Below are positions 1-10,359 of a stretch of DNA of 64,000 nucleotides, piece after piece. The stretch's first letter is position 1, and the number at the start of each line of letters is the position of its first letter. Made by a program: the position numbers and the translations under genes. Source of the stretch: Bacteroidales bacterium (GTDB lineage: Bacteria; Bacteroidota; Bacteroidia; Bacteroidales; UBA3663); the NCBI GenBank assembly GCA_045598885.1, contig JAZRVB010000071.1:39260-103259 (forward strand), in the 5' to 3' direction. The notes under the pieces are model-generated. The model did not search any database and was not told the DNA's origin. It saw nothing but the letters and a program-made list of their open reading frames with translations.

Positions 1-327
1 ATAGGTGGACAATTCTGGCATTTTAGTATTTAACTCTGTCTGGAGGCTATAAGCGCGATTCTTGCTCTTACTCTGCTGATTTCCAGAAAACACGCGAATG
101 CGATAACCCTTCGCCTTCTTAGCACTATCCTTATCTTGTTGATCCGGATTTGCATAATATGCCTTAGGCTGTGAGCCGAGCAGCGCAGTAAGGCGAGAAT
201 CCTGGATAAGAGATACTCGTCCGGTAGAGATCAAATGATTGCAGATATCGCCACCAGCATACTGAGCCTTAGCAACACCTGAAAGCAAGATAGAGAAGAC
301 GAGAAGAAACAGTGAGCGCATTTTCAT
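1..327 (-). CDS. SPOR-domain periplasmic protein, N-terminal part (runs off the left edge)
   Basis: Manual translation from ATG at 327: MKMRSLFLLVFSILLSGVAKAQ...KGYRIRVFSGNQQSKSKNRA. Signal peptide plus a GYRIxVFSG SPOR-like start; usual neighbour of tpiA in Bacteroidales. Confidence 0.7.
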   Translation of the reverse strand, partial: MKMRSLFLLVFSILLSGVAKAQYAGGDICNHLISTGRVSLIQDSRLTALLGSQPKAYYANPDQQDKDSAKKAKGYRIRVFSGNQQSKSKNRAYSLQTELNTKMPELSTY

Positions 328-367
328 TTTTTCAAACAACAAATGGCAGGAATCAAATAGTAAAAAC

Positions 368-432
368 GAAATATCAAATATCAAGTATCATCCGAAACCC
401 CGAGGTGGTATGATACTTGATATTTGTTATTT
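368..432. repeat. Inverted-repeat element with 7-mer (aaatatc) arms; probable tpiA terminator
   Basis: caaatatcaagtatca (375-390) pairs with tgatacttgatatttg (411-426). Shares motifs with the elements at 20149 and 54011. Confidence 0.75.
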
Positions 433-468
433 GAAATTCATCATTGGCTGTCACACAGCCTTAGGATA

Positions 469-1224
469 TTACTTCCAAGCCTCGATGATTGGCATGAAGG
501 TATCTACCTTGAGAGCAGCACCACCGATCAAGCCACCGTCGATATCTGGCTGAGCGAAGAGCTCAGGAGCATTGCTGCCCTTGCAAGAGCCACCGTAGAG
601 GATAGAGCAGTTGTCTGCAACCTCAGCATTGTACTTAGCTGCGATAGAAGCACGGATGAAAGCGTGAACCTCCTGAGCCTGCTCGCTGGTAGCGGTCAGA
701 CCAGTACCGATAGCCCAAACTGGCTCGTAAGCAACTACACACTTAGCGAAGTCCTCAGCAGAGAGGGTATACATAGCCTCCATCTGGCCCTCGATGACAG
801 CCTTGAAGGTACCGTTCTCACGCTCCTCCTTAACCTCACCAACACAGAAGATTGGGGTAAGGCCGTTAGCAAGAGCCTGCTGGAGCTTAGCAACGAGAAT
901 CTCGTTGTTCTCGCCATGATACTGACGACGCTCTGAGTGACCGAGGATAACATACTTAGCACCAGTAGAAGCTACCATGTTAGCAGCAACCTCGCCAGTG
1001 TAAGCACCCTTATCGTGAGCTGAGCAATCCTCAGCACCAACACCGATTACAGAACCCTCTACAGCCTTTACTACAGAAGCTACAGAGATGAATGGAGTAC
1101 AAACTACTACATCACAGTTAACAGTCTTGCCTGCGAGAGCCTCCTTAAGACCCTCTGCGAGTGCTACGCCTTCCTGGAGAGTGGTGTTCATCTTCCAGTT
1201 GCCAGCAACAATTTTCTTACGCAT
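469..1224 (-). CDS. tpiA: Triosephosphate isomerase
   Basis: Motifs [31 protein letters not shown] and DGGLIGGA. Confidence 0.99.
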   Translation of the reverse strand: MRKKIVAGNWKMNTTLQEGVALAEGLKEALAGKTVNCDVVVCTPFISVASVVKAVEGSVIGVGAEDCSAHDKGAYTGEVAANMVASTGAKYVILGHSERRQYHGENNEILVAKLQQALANGLTPIFCVGEVKEERENGTFKAVIEGQMEAMYTLSAEDFAKCVVAYEPVWAIGTGLTATSEQAQEVHAFIRASIAAKYNAEVADNCSILYGGSCKGSNAPELFAQPDIDGGLIGGAALKVDTFMPIIEAWK

Positions 1225-1276
1225 TTTTGGAATGTTTTAAGTTATTATTAAATGATAGAATAATCGATATCTCTTA

Positions 1277-2638
1277 TTATTCAGCCTTTAGAACCGTATT
1301 CTCAGCCTTTGGTTTCCTGAACATTTTAATGAAATTCGGAATCTCGAAGCACAAAGATAGTGGCATTGGGCCAAAAAGCAAAATCAGGAGTGCTAAAAAA
1401 CGTTTATTATAGTCGATTTCATGAATTTCGCCATAACTTTGCTCATCTAACTTGGCACTTACAAGCGCATTGACATCAAGGGTTGCGAGGTTCTCCTTCC
1501 AACACAGAACACCGTCATGCAAAAGCATGATTCCTGGATTGGCACGTGTGATGGTCTCAACAACCTGCATATCCGTGAAGAGGAATGGATACTCTGCTCC
1601 TGTATTGTATTTCCAGTTGTTCAGCTGTAGCGTGTCACGCGACGTGAGGCAATAGAAAGGATAATGTTGATCCTGTGCAAACTCATAGAGTTTCTCAATG
1701 CGATCAAGATCATGCTGGCTGGCATGATCGAGTGATGGCGAAAGCATCAACAGCGTATAACCGTCATGCGTCAGCAGATCTTCGGTGAAGAGCTCTCCTT
1801 CTGGAGTACGAGCAAAGAAATCAAGCGGTTTCTCTTCCTCTTCACTCCTCACTCCTCTCCGAGCTTGCTCGCGTGGAGCATCGCGTAACAACTCCTCATT
1901 CCTCACTCCTAACTCCTCACTCCTCACACTCTCTACCGTCTCAACAAACTCCCATCCATCCGCCTCATCCGGCAATTCCTCCAACGGAAACTCTTTACGC
2001 TCTCCATTGCGTTCATAAATACAGAAGTACTCAATGTCTTCTGTTCCCTCTGACGTTTCCTGCGAACCGCCAAGTACTCTTTCTGCAACATTAACGCCAG
2101 GATGGAACGGCCGAAAATCAATATACGGATCTCTGAACGTACCATACCAGCAGAGGCCAATCACAATAAAAAGACACCAATAGGCATAGAGCGTAAAATT
2201 GGTCTTGCCGACGAGCTCATAGAGCGACTTGCGACGCCAGATCAGGACCATAAGTATCACGTCAAGCACTACATTCTTCCAAAAGGTCTGCCAGTTAGAC
2301 AAGTGCAGAGCGTCACCAAAGCAGCCACAGTCCTGAATAGCATCCGTCAGCGCGAGCCAAAGGGTCAATGGCGTGAAGAACAGCATCATGCAAGTAGCCA
2401 GGAAAAGGGTCAGCTTCTGTACATGACCTAACAACAAGTTAAAGCCGATGACAAACTCAACGAGACTCATCAACCAAGCAAGTCCCATCGTGAAGTCAGT
2501 CAATGAACCAAGTCCAAAATATAAAAGGTACTCGTTAAACTTGAGCGAAGTACCCATAGGATCAATGCATTTGGCCACTCCGCTGAATATAAACGTCAGC
2601 GCAAAAGCCAGTTGCAGTAGTCTTACCACTACTTTCAT
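1277..2638 (-). CDS. DoxX/MauE-like membrane protein (BT_3928 family)
   Basis: FIFSGVAKCIDPMG and DCGCFGDA motifs, several TM helices, C-terminal thioredoxin-like region (RANPGIMLLHDG); conserved position upstream of tpiA. Confidence 0.85.
   Translation of the reverse strand: MKVVVRLLQLAFALTFIFSGVAKCIDPMGTSLKFNEYLLYFGLGSLTDFTMGLAWLMSLVEFVIGFNLLLGHVQKLTLFLATCMMLFFTPLTLWLALTDAIQDCGCFGDALHLSNWQTFWKNVVLDVILMVLIWRRKSLYELVGKTNFTLYAYWCLFIVIGLCWYGTFRDPYIDFRPFHPGVNVAERVLGGSQETSEGTEDIEYFCIYERNGERKEFPLEELPDEADGWEFVETVESVRSEELGVRNEELLRDAPREQARRGVRSEEEEKPLDFFARTPEGELFTEDLLTHDGYTLLMLSPSLDHASQHDLDRIEKLYEFAQDQHYPFYCLTSRDTLQLNNWKYNTGAEYPFLFTDMQVVETITRANPGIMLLHDGVLCWKENLATLDVNALVSAKLDEQSYGEIHEIDYNKRFLALLILLFGPMPLSLCFEIPNFIKMFRKPKAENTVLKAE
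1843..1927. repeat. In-frame heptamer (actcctc) array with central GC-rich hairpins inside the BT_3928-like gene
   Basis: cactcctcactcctc...aactcctcattcctcactcctaactcctcactcctcac flanking gagcttgctc and cgcgtggagcatcgcg. Confidence 0.75.
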
Positions 2639-3174
2639 GACTCACACACCAGCTTAATGAGGGCAAATAGCGAATAGTTGACCATATCCATATAATTGGC
2701 GTCAATACCCTCGCTGATCAACGTCTTACCCTCGTGATCCTCAATCTGTTTCGTGCGCTGAATCTTCATCAGGATCAGATCTACATAGCTGCTCACCCGC
2801 ATCAGTCGCCAGGCCTCATCATAGTCATGATTCTTGGCTTCGAGCAGGGTCAGGGTCTTCTGCATGTATTCGTCATAAAGAGCCACGACGCGATCTGCAT
2901 CCATATCGACATCATCCGCATGGCCATACTGCAGCTGGATCATACCCATAATGCCATAGTTGACAATGCCAATAAACTCCGGCTGGATACCCTCTCCAAC
3001 TTTGCTCTCGCCCTTGATCTGGAGTGAGCGTATGCGGTTGGCCTTAATAAATATCTGATCAGTGATAGATTCAGGACGCATGATACGCCACGAAGCTCCA
3101 TAATCGTATGTTTTCTTGGTGAAAATGTCACGGCAGAGTGTTGTGACAGCCTTCAGTTCTTCTTGTGTTGTCAT
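2635..3174 (-). CDS. DUF1599 domain protein (two internal repeats)
   Basis: Duplicated K(T/N)xDY(G/D)x(S/A)WR motif; overlaps the next gene by 4 nt. Confidence 0.85.
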   Translation of the reverse strand: MTTQEELKAVTTLCRDIFTKKTYDYGASWRIMRPESITDQIFIKANRIRSLQIKGESKVGEGIQPEFIGIVNYGIMGMIQLQYGHADDVDMDADRVVALYDEYMQKTLTLLEAKNHDYDEAWRLMRVSSYVDLILMKIQRTKQIEDHEGKTLISEGIDANYMDMVNYSLFALIKLVCES

Positions 3175-3175
3175 A

Positions 3176-3751
3176 TTATTTCAAATACTTTCCTATCAAA
3201 GCCCTCGCCTTTTCTACAGACTCAGGATTATTAGCGTCAATATTATAATACTTCTTGCTTGGCAGATTGATTTTCATATCAGCCTGCAAGCCTTCTGGAG
3301 AAGTAAACAGATGGCGGTTGACCTCAATGATATAAGGCCAGAAACGCGAATTTCCATAGAATTTGTTCGCAATCAGCGTCAAAAACTCACCACGCTGCAC
3401 TGTATAGGTCAGAGGCGTTCCGTCCGCATTGAGCAGCAGCTGTTCAAGTGAAACTTCCTTCGACTCTTTAGCGGGTTCTTCCTCTGCCACAACTGGCTCA
3501 GGCTCTGCGATTACAGGAGGAACTATCAATAATGGCGTTTCCTCCACAGCAGCGGCCTCCTTGACCTCCTCTTTTACAATAGTTTGCGGAACTTCTTCTG
3601 CAACCACAGGTGGCTGGCTGACGGGGTCAGTCACAGTCACGATCTGTTGCGGCGACATCTCATTGACTGGAGCTGCATTCTGTTTCTTAACGCTTCCCAT
3701 GAGGATAACACCTGTGCATATTCCCCAAAGGGCTAAAATAATATACTCCAT
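3176..3751 (-). CDS. Membrane-anchored LysM-like protein
   Basis: N-terminal TM helix, Pro/Glu-rich linker, C-terminal YTVQRGEFLTLIANKFYGNSRFWPYIIEVN LysM-like domain. Confidence 0.75.
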   Translation of the reverse strand: MEYIILALWGICTGVILMGSVKKQNAAPVNEMSPQQIVTVTDPVSQPPVVAEEVPQTIVKEEVKEAAAVEETPLLIVPPVIAEPEPVVAEEEPAKESKEVSLEQLLLNADGTPLTYTVQRGEFLTLIANKFYGNSRFWPYIIEVNRHLFTSPEGLQADMKINLPSKKYYNIDANNPESVEKARALIGKYLK

Positions 3752-3765
3752 TGTGTTTTGATTAA

Positions 3766-5205
3766 TTATTTCAATAGTTGTGCTGCTTTATTCTTGGCTT
3801 TCTTGACTGATTCTGGGTCATTGGCGTCAATTCCATAATATTTAGGATCTGGCAGATAGAGCACCATCCCAGACTTCACCAGATTCGGAGCCTTGAGCCT
3901 GTCCGAATTGACCTCAAATACATACGGCCAGAATGCTTTATCCCCGAAATGCTCCAAAGCAATCAGCGTCAGGCGACTGCCGGCCTGAAGTGTCACTTTG
4001 ACTTCCTGACCATTTGCATCTTTCATTCGATGGAACTCTCGAATTTGTGACTCTGTCTTAGCAGGCTCTGCTTTTGGAGCTGCGGGTGCCGGTTCTGACT
4101 TTGCTGGTTTTGCTGGTTCAATTTTTACAGGGACCTTCTCTTCCACAGCTTTCTCCTGCTTAACAGGAGCTTCCTGTTCCTCAGGCTTCTGCTCCTCTAC
4201 AGCCGGCACTTCCTTTTCGATAGGCTCCACTGGCTCAGCAGCTGCCTGCTTCTGTACATTCTCTACAGTTACAGCTTCTATAGGTGGCTGCCCACCAGTG
4301 ATATCATCTCCAAACATCAGCCACACCAAGAAACCACAGCCAAACAAGATCAATGCCAAAGAGATATATAGAACTTTGTTGGTCGACTCGTCATTCTTCT
4401 TGTTACTTTCCTCCTTGACAATGATATAATTACCTTTATCAATAATAATAGGACGAATCTCTTCCTTCTCGACAGGAGCTGGTGTCGGTTCCTCGACTGC
4501 CGGAACAGAAGGCTCTTTCACTTCTTCAACAACAGATGCTGGCTCTTCTTCTACAGCAGGCGCAGACTCTTCATCAATGACAGGCGCAGGCTCTTCAACA
4601 ATAATAGGCGCAGTCTCTTCTGCAACAGGTGCTTCTTCTTCCTCTACAGGAACTTCTTCTTCCTTTACAACCGCAGCCTCCGCCGAACCACCTATTTCCA
4701 TTGCTTCAAAGCAAGAAAACGGTGCATTGACCAGACCCTTCATCTGATCGCATGGCAGGAAGTCTATATGCTTGAGGTCCGAGTGGTGAGCGACCACATT
4801 CTTGAAAGTACCTACACCAGGCAGCTCTATCTCCTCACCTCTCTGCAGATGGTCATTGACCGCCTTGACCACAGCATCGACAAACGAAGAAGCTTCGTCT
4901 ATCTCCACATGAGCATACTCCGCCAGCAGTTCGGCACAAGGCGTACCTTCCACGCTCCGTTCCGACTGCAGATGATAGGTGATACGTGGCGGATAAAGCG
5001 TCATTATACCCGTCTCAGGATTCTCCTGCACGTACTCCGGATGCTTGTGAGAAGTAAAGACACCGAGCCCTGACAAAACGACAGCAATCTGATCGACCGC
5101 AGCATTGCCCAGCATCTTCTGCAGGCAACCCATCAGCATCAGGCAACGTGGCATTTCAATATGGCACGATTTTTGCACTTCTAACAAAAACTCCTTATTT
5201 GTCAT
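3766..5205 (-). CDS. HU/IHF-like (HU-CCDC81 type) domains + TM helix + LysM-like domain
   Basis: Start moved to MTNKEF (ATG 5205). HU-like motifs (LSGLGVF, IELPGVGTFK), acidic Pro-rich linker, TM helix VLYISLALILFGCGFLVWLMF, C-terminal LTLIALEHFGDKAFWPYVFEVN. Confidence 0.75.
   Translation of the reverse strand: MTNKEFLLEVQKSCHIEMPRCLMLMGCLQKMLGNAAVDQIAVVLSGLGVFTSHKHPEYVQENPETGIMTLYPPRITYHLQSERSVEGTPCAELLAEYAHVEIDEASSFVDAVVKAVNDHLQRGEEIELPGVGTFKNVVAHHSDLKHIDFLPCDQMKGLVNAPFSCFEAMEIGGSAEAAVVKEEEVPVEEEEAPVAEETAPIIVEEPAPVIDEESAPAVEEEPASVVEEVKEPSVPAVEEPTPAPVEKEEIRPIIIDKGNYIIVKEESNKKNDESTNKVLYISLALILFGCGFLVWLMFGDDITGGQPPIEAVTVENVQKQAAAEPVEPIEKEVPAVEEQKPEEQEAPVKQEKAVEEKVPVKIEPAKPAKSEPAPAAPKAEPAKTESQIREFHRMKDANGQEVKVTLQAGSRLTLIALEHFGDKAFWPYVFEVNSDRLKAPNLVKSGMVLYLPDPKYYGIDANDPESVKKAKNKAAQLLK
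5162..5177 (+). promoter_or_regulatory. Candidate sigma-54 (-24/-12) promoter facing clpC
   Basis: TGGCACG-ATTT-TTGCA is an exact consensus match; a second degenerate copy TGGCACAAATATAGCA lies at 5222-5237. Confidence 0.4.
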
Positions 5206-5319
5206 AGATAAAGTGATATTATGGCACAAATATAGCAATATTTCTGCAAACTTGTGTCAAATATAGGGTAGTTTATTTTTTTTTCACGCTATTTTTAGCC
5301 AATTGACAAAAATAATGCC

Positions 5320-5327
5320 TATTTTTG
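5320..5327 (+). promoter_or_regulatory. Bacteroidetes -7 promoter box for clpC
   Basis: TATTTTTG (TAnnTTTG) about 50 nt upstream of the ATG. Confidence 0.55.
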
Positions 5328-5379
5328 CAGACATTTTGACAGAATAAGGTATTGACAAAAGCACAACCTCATAAGTTCA

Positions 5380-8004
5380 ATGAACAATAAATACAATCAA
5401 CGCGTGCAGGCCATCCTGCAGTACAGCCAGGAGGAAGCAGACCGTTTTCACAGCCCTTTGATCAAGACTGAGCACGTCATGCTCGGTATTCTCAGAGACG
5501 GCCAGGGCCGCGCCATTGAGGCCTTGCAACGACAAGGTGTCGACGTCGAGAGCCTGCGCAGCCATCTGGAGCAGAACATATATAACACCACAAGCGACAA
5601 CTGGGACAATGTTCCATTCCACGACGGTGGTGCCACAGACACGGCCGATGATGCAGAGCAGCATCTGGCGCGAGACTGCGACCGTACGCTCAAGCTCTCT
5701 CGTCTGGAGGCTCGAATGATGAAGGAGCAGCAGATTGCTCCTGAGCACATTGTACTGGCCATGCTCAAAGATGAGCGCTCGGTGGTCAGCCAGATTCTCA
5801 TGCAATACAACGTCGACTACAACTCTTATTATAAGCAGGTAGCCGAACTCGAGAACATAGACCCAAGCGAACAAAACAACTCTCGTGCCAGCAGCCTGAA
5901 TGAAGATGAGAAGAACAGCAAGCAACAGGGTAACAATCTTCCTGACGACACTTATTCTGACAGCTATGACAGCAGTGAGATGAACGAGGAGGATGACGAC
6001 GAGGATTCGCCACGTAGTTCGACCCAGCCCCGTCAGAACAACCAGCAGCAGTCTGCCTCAGGCACCCCTGCACTCGATAAGTTCGGCTTTGACCTTACCC
6101 AGGCCGCTCGTGAAGGAAAACTCGACCCTGTCGTCGGTCGTCAGGATGAGATTGAGCGTGTCACTCAGATCCTGAGCCGCCGCAAGAAGAACAACCCGAT
6201 CCTCATCGGTGATCCGGGCGTAGGCAAGAGCGCCATCGTCGAAGGCCTGGCGCAGCGTATCGTCCAGAAGAAGGTCAGCTGGCTCCTGCTCGACAAACGC
6301 GTCATCTCGCTCGATATGGCAGGCCTCGTGGCTGGCACTAAGTACCGCGGACAGTTCGAGGAGCGCCTCAAGGCCGTCATCAACGAGTTGCAGCGCAATC
6401 AGGACATTATATTATATATAGATGAGATTCACACCATGGTCGGCGCAGGCAATGCGCAGGGATCAATGGATGCTGCCAACATGCTCAAGCCTGCCCTCTC
6501 GCGCGGCGAGATCCAGTGCATCGGCTCTACGACGATCGACGAGTATCGCAAGACCATTGAGAAGGATGGCGCTCTGGAGCGACGCTTCCAGAAGGTGATG
6601 GTCGAGCCGACTTCGGCCGAAGACACCCTCACCATCCTCCAGAATATCCGCGACCGCTATGAGGAGCATCACAACGTGCGTTTTACCGACGAAGCGCTCC
6701 TGGCCTGTGTGGCTCTCACCGACCGCTATATCACTGACCGCAACTTCCCAGACAAGGCCATTGACGCCCTGGACGAGGCAGGTTCACGCATGCACCTCTA
6801 CAGCGCCAATACTCCTGATGTCTTTGCCGAACTCGAAGGCAAGATCGAGGAAGTCAAGCAGCGCAAGGATGCTGCTATCATCAGCCAGAACTTCGAGGAA
6901 GCAGCCGCCTGCCGCGACGAGCAGCGTCAGCTGGAGCGCCAGCTCAAGGAGGAGCGCGACCAATGGACTATCAAGCAGAAGAACAATCGTCCGGAGGTCG
7001 ATGCTGACGTCATCGCCGAGTGTGTGGCCAAGATCACGGGCATCCCTGTGCAGAAGGTAGCGGCCAGCGAAGGCCAGAAGCTCATTGCGCTAAAGAAGAT
7101 CCTTCAGGACAGCGTCATCGGCCAGGACAAGGCCATAGAGAAGACTGTACGCGCCATCCAGCGCAACCGTATTGGCCTCAAGGATCCGCAGAAGCCGATC
7201 GGCACGTTCCTCTTCCTCGGCCCTACCGGCGTGGGCAAGACCTATCTGGCCAAGCGTCTTGCCGAAGAGATGTTCAGCGCTAAGGACTCTCTTATCCGCA
7301 TTGACATGAGCGAATATATGGAGAAATACAGCGTCAGCCGACTCATCGGCGCGCCTCCGGGCTATGTAGGCTATGACGAGGGCGGCCAGCTCACCGAGCG
7401 TGTGCGTCGTCATCCGTATTCGGTAGTGCTGTTCGACGAGATTGAGAAGGCGCATCCGGATGTATTCAACCTCATGCTCCAGATCTTCGACGAGGGTCAT
7501 CTTACTGATTCTCTGGGTCGTAAGGTATCGTTCAAGAATACCATTATCATCCTCACGAGCAATATCGGCAGTCGTCAGCTCAAGGACTTCGGCAGCGGCA
7601 TCGGCTTTGCTGCGCGCAGCAACGAGCAGGAGAATGAGCTCGCGCGTGGCGTCATCACCAAGGCGCTGCAGAAGACGTTCTCCCCTGAGTTCCTCAACCG
7701 CATCGACGACATCATCCACTTCGACCAGCTCACGCAGCCGGATATACGCCGCATTGTCGACATTGAACTGCGTGGTGTCCTACAGCGCATCACCTCCCTC
7801 GGCTGTCAAATCAACGTCACTGAGGCTGCCAAGGACTTCCTCGGCCAGAAGGGATACGACAAGCAGTATGGCGCTCGCCCTCTCAAGCGCGCCGTGCAGC
7901 AGTATGTCGAGGACCTTCTCTGCGAGCAGCTCCTCCTCCACCAGGGAGAAGAGAATCTTACCTTCACGGTGGATGTGGAGGGAGAGAAGACGGTGGTCAG
8001 ATAA
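5380..8004 (+). CDS. clpC: ATP-dependent Clp protease ATP-binding subunit (ClpC type)
   Basis: Clp-N repeats, two AAA modules ([16 protein letters not shown]), UVR coiled coil, GIGF ClpP-docking loop, GARPLKRA. Confidence 0.95.
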   Translation: MNNKYNQRVQAILQYSQEEADRFHSPLIKTEHVMLGILRDGQGRAIEALQRQGVDVESLRSHLEQNIYNTTSDNWDNVPFHDGGATDTADDAEQHLARDCDRTLKLSRLEARMMKEQQIAPEHIVLAMLKDERSVVSQILMQYNVDYNSYYKQVAELENIDPSEQNNSRASSLNEDEKNSKQQGNNLPDDTYSDSYDSSEMNEEDDDEDSPRSSTQPRQNNQQQSASGTPALDKFGFDLTQAAREGKLDPVVGRQDEIERVTQILSRRKKNNPILIGDPGVGKSAIVEGLAQRIVQKKVSWLLLDKRVISLDMAGLVAGTKYRGQFEERLKAVINELQRNQDIILYIDEIHTMVGAGNAQGSMDAANMLKPALSRGEIQCIGSTTIDEYRKTIEKDGALERRFQKVMVEPTSAEDTLTILQNIRDRYEEHHNVRFTDEALLACVALTDRYITDRNFPDKAIDALDEAGSRMHLYSANTPDVFAELEGKIEEVKQRKDAAIISQNFEEAAACRDEQRQLERQLKEERDQWTIKQKNNRPEVDADVIAECVAKITGIPVQKVAASEGQKLIALKKILQDSVIGQDKAIEKTVRAIQRNRIGLKDPQKPIGTFLFLGPTGVGKTYLAKRLAEEMFSAKDSLIRIDMSEYMEKYSVSRLIGAPPGYVGYDEGGQLTERVRRHPYSVVLFDEIEKAHPDVFNLMLQIFDEGHLTDSLGRKVSFKNTIIILTSNIGSRQLKDFGSGIGFAARSNEQENELARGVITKALQKTFSPEFLNRIDDIIHFDQLTQPDIRRIVDIELRGVLQRITSLGCQINVTEAAKDFLGQKGYDKQYGARPLKRAVQQYVEDLLCEQLLLHQGEENLTFTVDVEGEKTVVR

Positions 8005-8019
8005 CAGCAGCATTGACAC

Positions 8020-8138
8020 ACAAGGAATCAAGGGATACAAGGGAAACAAGAGACATTAGTCTTTTTCCCTGAATTTGAATAAACAATTCTATCGCCCCTT
8101 ATATCCCTTGTATCCCCTATATCCCTTGTATCCCTTAT
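8020..8138. repeat. Inverted arrays of a 9-mer (caagggata / tatcccttg)
   Basis: About four units at 8021-8055 and four to five reverse-complement units at 8093-8137. Confidence 0.85.
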
Positions 8139-8150
8139 ACATAAAAAAAA

Positions 8151-9305
8151 ATGAAAAAACTCCTCTTCATAGACCGTGACGGTACCCTCGTCATCGAGCC
8201 ACCTGTCACCGAGCAAATTGACACCATAGATCAGATCGAGTTCCTCCCACGTGTGATTCAGAACCTCTCGTTCATCCGTCACACGCTCGACTATGATTTC
8301 ATCATTGTCTCTAATCAAGATGGCCTGGGTACAGACGCTAATCCTCGTGACAGATTCGACGAGTTCAACAACCTCATCCTCCGCGTCTTCCACTCTGAGG
8401 GCGTCGACTTTGAGGAGCAGTATTATGACGAGCATTACCCAGAGGACAACCACCCTAACCGCAAGCCTGGCATAGGTATGCTCCAGAAGTTCATTGATGG
8501 CAATGGCACGGAGTATGATCTGACAAACAGCTATGTCATCGGCGATCGTATGAGTGATGTGCAGTTAGCCAAGAACCTCGGCTGCAAGTCGATCCTTCTT
8601 GATCCTCAAGGTAGCAACAGCCCAGCGGAAGCCACTTTTGTGGCCAAAGACTGGGATGCTATCTGTGCATATCTCTTTGCCGGAGAGCGCACGGCCTCTG
8701 TCCGCCGCACCACCAAAGAGACCGACATCGACATCCATATCGACCTTGACGGCACAGGCAAGACCGACATTTCGACAGGCCTCGGCTTCTTTGACCACAT
8801 GCTTGAGCAGATCGGCAAGCACTCGGGTATGGATCTCTCCATCCATGTCAAGGGTGATCTTTACGTCGACGAGCATCACACCATCGAGGATACTGGCATT
8901 GCTCTCGGCGAGTGCATCGCGAAGGCCCTCGGTAACAAGCGCGGCATAGGCCGCTACGGTTTCTGTCTGCCTATGGACGACTGCCTTTGTTCTGTCGATA
9001 CAGACTTCGGCCACGCCTCTAAGACTCAGACGCAGGTAGCCCTCGACTTCGGCGGCCGCCCTTGGCTTGTTTGGGACGCAGAGTTCCACCGTGAGCGTGT
9101 CGGCGACATGCCTACCGAGATGTTCCTCCATTTCTTCAAGTCCTTCTCCGACAGCGCAAAGATCAACCTCAACATCAAGGCAGAAGGTGACAACGAGCAT
9201 CACAAAATCGAAGGCATCTTCAAGGCTCTCGCCCGCTCCCTCCAGATGGCCATCCGCCGCGACATCCACCACTTCCAGCTGCCTTCATCCAAAGGCGTAT
9301 TATAA
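8151..9305 (+). CDS. hisB: Bifunctional histidinol-phosphatase / imidazoleglycerol-phosphate dehydratase
   Basis: HAD motif FIDRDGTL and RKPGIGML; IGPD motifs [12 protein letters not shown] and [12 protein letters not shown]. Confidence 0.97.
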   Translation: MKKLLFIDRDGTLVIEPPVTEQIDTIDQIEFLPRVIQNLSFIRHTLDYDFIIVSNQDGLGTDANPRDRFDEFNNLILRVFHSEGVDFEEQYYDEHYPEDNHPNRKPGIGMLQKFIDGNGTEYDLTNSYVIGDRMSDVQLAKNLGCKSILLDPQGSNSPAEATFVAKDWDAICAYLFAGERTASVRRTTKETDIDIHIDLDGTGKTDISTGLGFFDHMLEQIGKHSGMDLSIHVKGDLYVDEHHTIEDTGIALGECIAKALGNKRGIGRYGFCLPMDDCLCSVDTDFGHASKTQTQVALDFGGRPWLVWDAEFHRERVGDMPTEMFLHFFKSFSDSAKINLNIKAEGDNEHHKIEGIFKALARSLQMAIRRDIHHFQLPSSKGVL

Positions 9306-9324
9306 AATGAGGATATGTCAAAAG

Positions 9325-9372
9325 TGAAGTGACCCCCGAAAGTTAGTAAGAAAACTTTCGGGGGTCACTTCA
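9325..9372. terminator. Perfect 20-bp stem hairpin between convergent genes (TG...CA ends)
   Basis: tgaagtgacccccgaaagtt-agtaagaa-aactttcgggggtcacttca. Confidence 0.8.
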
Positions 9373-9393
9373 ATGGAGAATATACTTGTTTTT

Positions 9394-10359
9394 CTATTTG
9401 ATTACTGACCCTGAAATTCCGTATTTACGGTTCCCCTGTTCAATGATCAACGAGCCATCCTCAAGCATGAGTTTACGAGTCGGAATCATCCGATCGTCAT
9501 TTTCTTCGAGAGGCAGAAGGATGTCCATACCAATCTCAACGACAGTAAAAGACATAAAGTCATACCGCCAGTCAAAATAGACCTCCTTGCGATTATCAAA
9601 CAATCTGAAACTCAGCTCATAAGTCTTTCCTACCTCTAAGTCAGCCGCCTGCGAACCAGACTTCTTATACTCAACAGAATACTCCTTGCTCTCCCCTGCT
9701 TTCAGGGTAAAAGACAGCTTGTAATAGCCGATGCTCAGCTCCGAATCAGGCTCGAAGACAAAGACGATGAGCTCACCATCCGCGATGTCAGCAAGCGCCT
9801 TGAGCGTGACATGAAGATTAGTATCAGAGAGCTCCGCCTTATTGCGAGGATTGCCCACGTAAGGCTGTGTCGGGAAGTAGGCAGCCGGCTGATCGCCCGT
9901 GACATTGAGCGTAGGGACAGTAAATCCGGCAGGGACTGAGACAGCCTCCCAGTTAAACGATACAGAGGCATCCTTGTTTAAATCCATGCACACAGCGCGC
10001 ACCTCGTACGCGCCATTGCGGATGATGAAGTTCAAATTGAATGAGACAGAAGACAGCTGCAGGCCGTCAACCCACTCCTTCCGTTCATCGAGTACCTTAT
10101 AGTACAATTCGCCCGTTGCAACCTCCTTCAGTTCTACGCCAAAACGGACCGACTGAGTCTTGCCGGAATTATTGATGACAGGACCTATCAGATAGAGTTT
10201 CTGAGTGCGATCCAGATTGAGGCTGCTGCTGCCGCTGGATGCTTCAGAAGTGAGTGACACACCATAGCCTTTCTCAGCCGTAAGAAGCGCCGCAGCATGT
10301 GCGCTAAAAGCCGAAAACAGAAGGGTGGTCAATACCAGAAAGGTCAGAATCTTTTTCAT
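9394..10359 (-). CDS. Secreted hypothetical protein, beta-rich, with possible T9SS-type C-terminal sorting tail
   Basis: Signal peptide ending in AHA; C-terminus RKLMLEDGSLIIEQGNRKYGISGSVIK resembles Prevotella-type C-terminal domains. Confidence 0.6.
   Translation of the reverse strand: MKKILTFLVLTTLLFSAFSAHAAALLTAEKGYGVSLTSEASSGSSSLNLDRTQKLYLIGPVINNSGKTQSVRFGVELKEVATGELYYKVLDERKEWVDGLQLSSVSFNLNFIIRNGAYEVRAVCMDLNKDASVSFNWEAVSVPAGFTVPTLNVTGDQPAAYFPTQPYVGNPRNKAELSDTNLHVTLKALADIADGELIVFVFEPDSELSIGYYKLSFTLKAGESKEYSVEYKKSGSQAADLEVGKTYELSFRLFDNRKEVYFDWRYDFMSFTVVEIGMDILLPLEENDDRMIPTRKLMLEDGSLIIEQGNRKYGISGSVIK

Noticed and set aside
4480-4680. Repetitive DNA in the HU-LysM gene as an inserted element
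   Set aside because: It follows codon periodicity and encodes an ordinary Glu/Pro/Ala/Val linker.
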